Source of the DNA: an uncultured Gammaproteobacteria bacterium
GTDB taxonomy: Bacteria > Patescibacteriota > Patescibacteriia > UBA1558 > S5-K13
NCBI GenBank assembly: GCA_964636855.1
Contig: CAZWVD010000002.1
Location: 1 to 37,922, forward strand
DNA: 37,922 nt
Direction: 5' to 3'
The position numbers were made by a program, and so were the translations under genes. The notes beneath the pieces are model-generated. The model was not told the DNA's origin and did no database searches. It saw only the letters and a list, made by a program, of their open reading frames with translations. This document shows positions 17,622-23,760 of this stretch, piece after piece. The stretch's first letter is position 1, and each line of letters starts with the position of its first letter.

Positions 17622-18204
17622 ATTTTTTCTCTGCGGATATTCTTAAATTTGGAACTGGTAACATCGGAACTTTTTCTGGCATTCCATTCGGATAGAGCTC
17701 ACTTAATAAATCGCTATACGTTCTTGTTTTGTGTTGCGTTATTACAAATACAACTTCTGGTTCTTGATTTTCTTCAGTTTCTATTTTTTCGCACAGTCCG
17801 GCCCAGAAGTTTAAATCATCACGCCCAATCATTGAGGCAAGAAAATCATGCGTAGCCTTAACCCTATTAGTAGCGTCTAAGACTTTTGGTCTATCTGGTT
17901 TTGGAGGTACTTCTTCACCGCTTCTTTTTAGATACCCTTTATGTGCTTTTGCCCAGAGCTGATCTTTTTTAAAACAGAAGTATGTGTCTACTCTTAGAAA
18001 AAATCCAAACTGTGCAGCTTTGTCTGCAGCATCTTTAATGAGTTGGATTGTTTTTTGATTTTTATTTGCCCATGTTTGTGCCCTTGAAAGAAACGAATGA
18101 TATTCGTCAGACTTCCATCTTCTGGACTTTCCGTTAAATCTTCCACCTGCATATAGCGCATTTGCGCTTGGTGCCATAGGAAATCCTGTAATTACAAATC
18201 TCAT
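17614..18204 (-). CDS. rusA: RusA-like Holliday junction resolvase
   Basis: MRFVITGFPMAPSANALY... and ...VLDATNRVKATHDFLASMIGRDD fit the RusA motifs (S.N, D.dN..K...D.l...i.DD). ATG 18204 has AAGAGG upstream and avoids overlap with the 18209 gene. Confidence 0.65.
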   Translation of the reverse strand: MRFVITGFPMAPSANALYAGGRFNGKSRRWKSDEYHSFLSRAQTWANKNQKTIQLIKDAADKAAQFGFFLRVDTYFCFKKDQLWAKAHKGYLKRSGEEVPPKPDRPKVLDATNRVKATHDFLASMIGRDDLNFWAGLCEKIETEENQEPEVVFVITQHKTRTYSDLLSELYPNGMPEKVPMLPVPNLRISAEKKYD

Positions 18205-18208
18205 GTTG

Positions 18209-18448
18209 CTAACCTCTTGGCTGCCATCCCTTGCCTTTAACGAACAGAAATCCGCCAATGGACCAATAAGCATCACACTTTGGACACGTTGTTTCGTCAC
18301 CGTATGTAAATTCAAGCGCAAGCCATTCTATAAGGTCAACTGTTATAAGATTTCCTTTATAAAAGGGCTTTTTAAGCCGCCCAATGTCAAGATCACACTC
18401 TGGACAACAAATAGTTTCGCCTGCATTGATGACGCATACGAACATCAT
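18209..18448 (-). CDS. Cys-rich zinc-ribbon-like protein (79 aa)
   Basis: CCPECD...TTCPKCD pair of CxxC knuckles. Confidence 0.65.
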   Translation of the reverse strand: MMFVCVINAGETICCPECDLDIGRLKKPFYKGNLITVDLIEWLALEFTYGDETTCPKCDAYWSIGGFLFVKGKGWQPRG

Positions 18449-18453
18449 GCTAT

Positions 18454-18481
18454 ATGATAACCATTATCATTTGTTACAAAT
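18454..18481. promoter_or_regulatory. Two adjacent palindromes just upstream of the 18448 start (operator-like)
   Basis: ATGATAA-cca-TTATCAT (18454-18470) and ATTTGT-t-ACAAAT (18469-18481). Both lie in a 157-nt intergenic gap within the minus-strand early operon. Confidence 0.3.
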
Positions 18482-18605
18482 CAAGAATAATTAATTACTC
18501 TAGACGCAATGTGATATTATTTCTTATGGCTCCACGGACGGGGCCTTTACCTATTTTTGACAAAAAGCCATACCTTTATTTTTTATTTCGGAAACTTTCT
18601 GTTCT

Positions 18606-19328
18606 TTATAGCTTTTGAAATTTCAGCTCATATTCTCCGCTTGATTCGTCGCATTCTATTATTGTAAACCCGTTCACCCAATTGTCCTTTGATCCTCTAT
18701 AATCAAAGCAGTTCTTGTTTATATCGCCAAGCCAGCCTCCAGAGGTGGCTGTTACTAGATACGGTTCTGGTCCCATTTTCTTATGCGTATATTGTTGGTA
18801 GACGTGAGTGTGTCCATACAGAACCGACACATACGACTTTTCTGCCGTTGCCTTTGCATGCATAGCTCCAGATCCTAGCGGCTCATGTCTAAGCCATAAA
18901 TCTTTTGTAGCTCCGCATTTAACCCATTGGTATGGACTATAATCTATAAACTTCCATTGGCTTCTTTTTTCGAACTTAAGAAGCGACGGGCAATCAATTA
19001 GTCCAAACATTTCTGGAGCAATATCTCTAATGTATCTATATATTCTGCCTTCATGGTTACCGCATATATAAGTAACATTAACGCCGCTAAACGCTTTCTG
19101 AAGTTCGTCAAGTTTCTCGTTAGTATAGTCTATCTCATACATAAGAGACTTATTTGACCTTGGGTGTTTAGAGTGTGATGAGACTGATTCGATTTCTGCA
19201 ATATCGCCATTGAGATATATGCCCCTTAAATCTTTTGTCTTTTGAATTAACTTTAATGCTTTGCGATAAGCAGGACCTTCGTAAGGGAAATGAATGTCAT
19301 TCATCACGGCGTACTGAATTATACCCAC
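18606..19328 (-). CDS. Calcineurin-like metallophosphoesterase
   Basis: Motifs MNDIHFPYE, NGDIAE, GNHEGR, GHTH appear in the canonical order. Confidence 0.85.
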   Translation of the reverse strand: MGIIQYAVMNDIHFPYEGPAYRKALKLIQKTKDLRGIYLNGDIAEIESVSSHSKHPRSNKSLMYEIDYTNEKLDELQKAFSGVNVTYICGNHEGRIYRYIRDIAPEMFGLIDCPSLLKFEKRSQWKFIDYSPYQWVKCGATKDLWLRHEPLGSGAMHAKATAEKSYVSVLYGHTHVYQQYTHKKMGPEPYLVTATSGGWLGDINKNCFDYRGSKDNWVNGFTIIECDESSGEYELKFQKL

Positions 19329-19390
19329 GCAGAAAGTATAAGTGTGTAGGCCATTATTGCTTTATAAAAGTTCAAATTGCGTCTAGTTTT

Positions 19391-19615
19391 TTAATGTGGA
19401 TTTTCTTTGGCACATCTATGAACAACTACTTCGTCGCCAGTTTTTGTTTCTTTATGATCTAAATATGGATAGCACCAGCATCTAAACGAGATTTCATGCT
19501 CAATGTGATCGTGTGATGGCATTACGTGAAAAACTTTTGTTTCTTCTTCGTCAGAAAAGTTTGGTGTTTGCTGAATAACAACCCACCCAGTTTCCGACAG
19601 AAATCCTTCTTTCAT
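19391..19615 (-). CDS. Hypothetical protein (74 aa, His/Cys-rich)
   Basis: Listed ORF. HVMPSHDHIEHEISFRCWCYPY...VVVHRC suggests metal binding. Confidence 0.6.
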   Translation of the reverse strand: MKEGFLSETGWVVIQQTPNFSDEEETKVFHVMPSHDHIEHEISFRCWCYPYLDHKETKTGDEVVVHRCAKENPH

Positions 19616-19651
19616 ATAGTAAGGTTTTTATATTAAAGGCTACGTGGCAAG

Positions 19652-19701
19652 AAAAAAGCCCCAGCAACAGTTGCACAAAGGGCTGCCTGGCCGTTGCTAG
19701 G
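19652..19701 (-). terminator. Intrinsic terminator candidate (minus strand)
   Basis: On the minus strand: 9-bp stem CCTAGCAAC/GTTGCTGGG (one G-U) with a 24-nt loop, followed by GCTTTTTTC. Plus-strand coordinates: stems 19660-19668 / 19693-19701, A-run 19652-19657. Confidence 0.5.
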
Positions 19702-19758
19702 ACAGAATGATTGGGGTGACATCAGTTAACTTGTATCTATTTTTGATGCAATTATAAT

Positions 19759-19935
19759 TTAGGCAGCGACGCCTTGTTTCTTCTTTTTAAAAAAGAACGT
19801 AAAGGTTGAGCCGCAATTAGGCTCATAACATGTGAAGAAAAGAAACTCTACGGAAGGAAAGACCTGGCGCCCATTAAACTTGGCGGTCTTTGTAGTGTGC
19901 ATCTTTTTGCAGCCAGGACACGCTTTTAATCTCAT
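19759..19935 (-). CDS. Small zinc-ribbon protein (58 aa, below ORF-track cutoff), possibly leaderless
   Basis: Hand translation: MRLKACPGCKKMHTTKTAKFNGRQVFPSVEFLFFTCYEPNCGSTFTFFFKKKKQGVAA. CPGC...CYEPNC. No SD. An extended -10 lies 6 nt upstream. Confidence 0.5.
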   Translation of the reverse strand: MRLKACPGCKKMHTTKTAKFNGRQVFPSVEFLFFTCYEPNCGSTFTFFFKKKKQGVAA

Positions 19936-19941
19936 AACAAT

Positions 19942-19950
19942 ATTATATCA
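19942..19950 (-). promoter_or_regulatory. Extended -10 promoter element TGaTATAAT (minus strand) abutting ATG 19935
   Basis: The minus strand reads ...gcgtTGaTATAATattgttATG. The hexamer is 19947->19942 and TG is 19950-19949. Only 6 nt separate the -10 from the ATG. Confidence 0.45.
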
Positions 19951-20132
19951 ACGCGCAGTGTCTTTTTGTATTTATTTCGCTTTTCTGTATCTATTTGATA
20001 CGGCCAAGAGAGGGTCCCAGGGCCACCTATTGTTTTTCCAAGACTTCGCTGTGCATAGAACTGGCGTCGCTATGGCAAGCATTAGGCCGAAAAGTGACCA
20101 GTAAAATAATGCCGCTAATGTTTTTATTAGTC

Positions 20133-20519
20133 TCAGAAAAGTATCTCCTCTTGGTCAAAGTCAACTTGGCCCATGTCTATTTGTCCTTGTGAACTGGCTT
20201 GGTCTTGTGGCTTTGTTGCTCTAGGATACAAATACACTCTGCGAGCTACTACATTGGCATAGGTAATTTGGGTTCCGTTTTTTTCGCCCTGATTATACTC
20301 TAGCTTGCCTTCTACGAATATCGAGTCCCCTTTATTTGCCCGCTCCATTATTTCTGCAGTAGTGTCCCATCCAGTTACGTGATGCCATTGAGTCGATTCT
20401 ACCCCCTTATATTTTTCAGAGGTCGCCACCGATAGGCTTGCAAACTTTTTGCCTGTCGCGGTCATTCTAATAGTCGCTTGGCCGCCAACCCTTCCTAAAA
20501 GGTGTACATTGTTAACCAT
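20133..20519 (-). CDS. ssb: Single-stranded DNA-binding protein
   Basis: OB-fold N-terminus MVNNVHLLGRVGGQATIRMTATGKKFASLSVATSE...WHHVTGW and an acidic tail DFDQEEILF. Confidence 0.9.
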   Translation of the reverse strand: MVNNVHLLGRVGGQATIRMTATGKKFASLSVATSEKYKGVESTQWHHVTGWDTTAEIMERANKGDSIFVEGKLEYNQGEKNGTQITYANVVARRVYLYPRATKPQDQASSQGQIDMGQVDFDQEEILF

Positions 20520-20844
20520 TTCCCCTCCTTATCGAATCAAGCTTTTCCACAGCCCTTTCCCAATTATGATGATCACCAACAAACTTTGCCCTAGATCCGT
20601 TGCCGTAAACATACTCAGTCAAAGACTGTCCCATTTGAATAAAAAGACGACGCTGTGTTTCGTCTGCTTCTATAAGTCTTTTTTGGTCCACAAGCGACAT
20701 GCTTACTTTGTACGTTGTTAGCTCTGGGCCTTCATCTAAGCATGACTTTTCATCATAAAACTTAGATTCGACCTCTTGTCTTACATTATCGCAGGCTTCG
20801 TCTCTAGACGATATTTTTAGGTTTCTAAAGTCATTGTCACGCAT
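20512..20844 (-). CDS. Hypothetical protein (110 aa)
   Basis: Listed ORF, overlap-coupled on both sides within the early operon. Confidence 0.65.
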   Translation of the reverse strand: MRDNDFRNLKISSRDEACDNVRQEVESKFYDEKSCLDEGPELTTYKVSMSLVDQKRLIEADETQRRLFIQMGQSLTEYVYGNGSRAKFVGDHHNWERAVEKLDSIRRGNG

Positions 20845-21649
20845 TAACTTCCCCCTGCCTTTCTAGCTCAAGCACAAAATCGCTAAGTGAGCTTGAATCA
20901 TACTTTTCTATCAAACCGGCCATATCTTTTAGCTCGTCTGCATCAAGGTGGTGTGAGCTCTCTTTTTTATACAAAACCTTTATTAGCCTTTTAACAAGAT
21001 CGACATCCAGGTTCTTTTTCTTAACTATTTTTTGCAGATCCATTAATGGCGCAACTAGGTTATTCCCGGTAGACTTTTTTGGTGATGGTGGTGCGGGTGG
21101 TGGCGTAACTTTATCAGCCTTTTGGTTCTTGTTTGAGTTATCTTTCTGCTTTTGATCTATTTTTGAATCGGTATGATCATTACCATCGTTGTCTTCATCC
21201 GACACAATGCCAAGAAGGGCTGCGGCTTGATATCTCCGAGCGTATGTAATTGCAGAGCCAAGTGACTGCATATTGGCCCCGCTTAGCTTTAGCTCTAGCT
21301 CCCCAGAATCGAATGAATAGCCGGAACTGTGAACAAGAGAAGAGCCAATATAATATCTTGACTCTCTCGAATAAACCTTTTGAGTAATAACAAAATTGTG
21401 CTTCGCCAATAGCGGTCTTATTTCTTCTGTTATTGCTGTAAGCGACGCATATTTGTTTTTAAAGTGTGGATTCTCTTTATCAAACACAACCGTTTTTACC
21501 TCGCCCTGCAAAAGCACAAACTCTTTTAGGGCCTCCATTTGTTTTCGTGCAAAGCTTGCGGTAACCTCTGAAATTGATTTTTCAAAAACGTTTAGTTGTT
21601 CGTCTTTATCTAGGACTTTTTCACCCTCGCCCATTCTATTGTCTCCCAT
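20837..21649 (-). CDS. erf: ERF-family single-strand annealing recombinase
   Basis: NPHFKNKYASLTAITEEIRPLLAKHNF...HSSGY...QSLGSAITYARRYQAAALLGIVSDEDNDG matches the ERF signature. Confidence 0.85.
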   Translation of the reverse strand: MGDNRMGEGEKVLDKDEQLNVFEKSISEVTASFARKQMEALKEFVLLQGEVKTVVFDKENPHFKNKYASLTAITEEIRPLLAKHNFVITQKVYSRESRYYIGSSLVHSSGYSFDSGELELKLSGANMQSLGSAITYARRYQAAALLGIVSDEDNDGNDHTDSKIDQKQKDNSNKNQKADKVTPPPAPPSPKKSTGNNLVAPLMDLQKIVKKKNLDVDLVKRLIKVLYKKESSHHLDADELKDMAGLIEKYDSSSLSDFVLELERQGEVNA

Positions 21650-21798
21650 TCATTTTTATCGTTTCTGACTTGTATTCTTAAGACGTACTCTCCTCTGACG
21701 TTCTGACTCCGAATAAAAAAGTTCTTTGCGATGTCCAAATCAGAAAACATCCCAAGAGATAAAAACAATCCGTTTTGTTCTTTTATTACCCTAATCAT
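21610..21798 (-). CDS. Hypothetical protein (62 aa), first gene of the early operon
   Basis: Listed ORF. Its 3' end overlaps the start of the downstream ERF gene (20837..21649). Confidence 0.55.
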   Translation of the reverse strand: MIRVIKEQNGLFLSLGMFSDLDIAKNFFIRSQNVRGEYVLRIQVRNDKNEWETIEWARVKKS

Positions 21799-21853
21799 TT
21801 CTTACCCGTTTGGGCTTTATGCTTTATCAAGCTTAACAAATCAAGAGAAAAGA

Positions 21854-21883
21854 AAGCCCACGAGTTTTTACGCACATGGGCTT
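21854..21883 (-). terminator. Intrinsic terminator candidate (minus strand), T2
   Basis: 7-bp stem aagccca (21854-21860) / tgggctt (21877-21883) with a 16-nt loop. On the minus strand it is followed by TCTTTTCTCTTG. Confidence 0.45.
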
Positions 21884-21977
21884 GAGATAGCCTTTATCGG
21901 GTAAGACATCGGCTAAAGAGAGATAACGTTAAATTAGATTTGAAGAAAAAACAATATTGCATAGCGGAAAAAAGAAA

Positions 21978-22010
21978 TACCCAGTAGACTTTTTACAGAA
22001 CTACTGGGTA
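21978..22010 (-). terminator. Intrinsic terminator candidate (minus strand), T1
   Basis: Perfect 10-bp stem tacccagtag (21978-21987) / ctactgggta (22001-22010) with a 13-nt loop. On the minus strand it is followed by ATTTCTTTTTTCC. Confidence 0.6.
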
Positions 22011-22480
22011 CTTTGGATTTGCCGTAGTCCTTGAATAAGGTAAGCGTTGTTGCTGCCGAAGTCAAGGACTACGACTGAGCCAAGATCCCATCTGTAATGT
22101 TCGGTCTTAGACCTAGAAATGGCGATGGGGAAGTGTCGTAGTCAAGTATTAGGTTACCAGCCTTGGGATGACGTAATGTCTGAAACTGTCGCTGGCCTAG
22201 CGAGAAAGCCAGTAAACCTTCGATGGCTCTCGCTCGCTAATACCATGCGGGTGACCGTGGACGGCATTTGGTTTCTTAGTTAGCCTTGTGGGGAAAAAAG
22301 CCACAATCAGAAAACTAAGCTAGTGATGGCTCCGTGCGTGGGCGTAGGCTCAGGCGAGCAATCCCTTGACGAGGAAAAGACCGCAAAGATTAGTCTTAGA
22401 TTAAGGCGCACCTTTTTAAGACAATCTCCGTGGGGATAGCCCTCGTCTATGATTCACCATGCATAAACATAAGCTCATGC
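22011..22480 (-). ncRNA. Candidate large structured non-coding RNA (orientation inferred from terminators T1/T2)
   Basis: No ORF of 60 aa or more in any frame from about 21800 to 22600. The region looks GC-richer than its neighbours by eye. Nested stems: 22023-22034/22062-22073 (12 bp), 22087-22092/22124-22129, 22275-22281/22313-22319 enclosing 22286-22291/22301-22306, and 22393-22398/22417-22422 enclosing aagg/cctt. Possible long-range pair gacgagg / cctcgtc. Confidence 0.3.
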
Positions 22481-22544
22481 AAGCGATATTGTCGCAATAT
22501 AATACAGTATCATTGCTGTACTTAATATCATAAAGTATTTACTT

Positions 22545-22573
22545 TTGTAATACGTTATAGTAATATGTATATA
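22545..22573 (+). promoter_or_regulatory. Sigma70-like promoter candidate for the 22601 operon
   Basis: TTGTAA (22545-22550), 17-nt spacer, TATATA (22568-22573). It lies in an AT-rich tract, followed by AAGGGAG SD and ATG 22601. Confidence 0.3.
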
Positions 22574-22600
22574 TTGGATCGTTAAACAAGGGAGTGATTT

Positions 22601-23281
22601 ATGACATATTTAAAGATTATATATTCTATTCTATTAATTCTTGTTTTATCAGGGTGTGAGTCAGGGTCTGGTGGAGGATCACAAGCAAACTTGACACCTA
22701 TTAACGAGTCAAGACTCATATTCTTTGGAGATGAAATAACTGTAGGCACAGGAGTTAGTGAAACATACGTTGACTTAGTTTCTCAGAGTCTTGGTAAAGA
22801 GGCTGTTAATAAAGGTTATGAATCAAACAATAGCCCAGCTGCCTTAATGAACAACACTGTAGGTACTGGAAATTCGTCATGGTCTGTTCAGAACCTAACA
22901 GCTAATGATGTTGTTATAATATTTGTTGGATACCAAGACGTGAGGTATTACGGGGACTTTCCTTCGGGTCATTTAAATCAACATCTTGGCGGGTTCTTAG
23001 ATGTTATGGAGTCAATTGGTTGTACCGTTTATGTAGTTACCCCTATTTTAATGATTGGAACAGAATGGACTCTTAACAATCCGTACGATGGCGGATCTGA
23101 CGCAGAGATGCTTGAGGCTCGAAATGAAATTATTTCTCTAGTTTCACAATATCCGACTATGAATATAATTGATGCATATAGCTCATATACTCCTACATGG
23201 GCCAACACTCAAGTTGACGGACAGTTCCCAAATGAGTTAGGTCATCAAGAACTTGCTAATATAATTTTAAACGGAATGTAA
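22601..23281 (+). CDS. SGNH/GDSL-hydrolase-like lipoprotein with substituted catalytic positions
   Basis: Lipobox LVLSGC. SGNH blocks are recognisable: block I FFGDEITVG (GDS->GDE), block III IIFVGYQD, block V VDGQFPNELGHQELA (DxxH->DGQF). Confidence 0.6.
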   Translation: MTYLKIIYSILLILVLSGCESGSGGGSQANLTPINESRLIFFGDEITVGTGVSETYVDLVSQSLGKEAVNKGYESNNSPAALMNNTVGTGNSSWSVQNLTANDVVIIFVGYQDVRYYGDFPSGHLNQHLGGFLDVMESIGCTVYVVTPILMIGTEWTLNNPYDGGSDAEMLEARNEIISLVSQYPTMNIIDAYSSYTPTWANTQVDGQFPNELGHQELANIILNGM

Positions 23282-23294
23282 AAGGGATTTACTA

Positions 23295-23462
23295 ATGGCA
23301 AAGCTTTCAGATTTCTTTAAAAAAGACTCCCAGAAGAGATTGGTTCAAGTAAGGCTTGAACTTTCTCTTTTTGAAAAGACAAAAGAAAAGTTGAATGAAA
23401 AGAACCTTAGCTGGACTGATCTTTTAGAAGCAGCTTGCAAAATGTTTCTGGAGGAGAAATGA
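23295..23462 (+). CDS. Ribbon-helix-helix (CopG/Arc-like) small protein (55 aa, below cutoff)
   Basis: Hand translation: MAKLSDFFKKDSQKRLVQVRLELSLFEKTKEKLNEKNLSWTDLLEAACKMFLEEK. Beta-strand VQVRLE followed by two helices. Confidence 0.55.
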   Translation: MAKLSDFFKKDSQKRLVQVRLELSLFEKTKEKLNEKNLSWTDLLEAACKMFLEEK

Positions 23463-23548
23463 CAAGTGAAAATATTAGCTTGACCATAAGCATTGTGGCA
23501 TTTTGTGTTGCCATAACAAATCTTGTATATGTTATTACTAGAAAGTGA
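23459..23548 (+). CDS. 29-aa hydrophobic mini-protein
   Basis: ATGA overlap with the RHH stop. MTSENISLTISIVAFCVAITNLVYVITRK has one TM-length segment. Its stop overlaps the next GTG start. Confidence 0.4.
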   Translation: MTSENISLTISIVAFCVAITNLVYVITRK

Positions 23549-23760
23549 GAAGCGACTACCAAAATGAAAACGATGAGTGGATCTGTGGGGAATGCCGTAC
23601 TGTTATCGACATCGACAAAGGCGGCACGTGTAAATGTTCTTTTGATAGTAACGACGGAGATGGAATTATTTTGAAGGACGATAGTCGTTCGGTTGCTGAT
23701 GCGTTCATTCATGAGCTTAGATTAGGGATTAGTAACTTTTCTAAGGGAAAAGGAATATGA
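23545..23760 (+). CDS. Cys-rich small protein (71 aa)
   Basis: Listed ORF (GTG start, GTGA overlap). CGEC...CKC. Its stop overlaps the MTase ATG (ATGA). Confidence 0.5.
   Translation: MRSDYQNENDEWICGECRTVIDIDKGGTCKCSFDSNDGDGIILKDDSRSVADAFIHELRLGISNFSKGKGI

Noticed and set aside
21800-22600. tRNA, tmRNA or origin with iterons / DnaA boxes in the ORF-free region
   Set aside because: I could not find a cloverleaf with a T-loop (GTTCGAATC-like) motif, TTATCCACA-like boxes or repeated iterons by eye. This remains unverified without tRNAscan or cmscan.
23407-23712. 101-aa minus-strand ORF opposite the RHH / mini-peptide / Cys-rich genes
   Set aside because: It runs against a chain of overlap-coupled plus-strand genes and has no SD and no motif.
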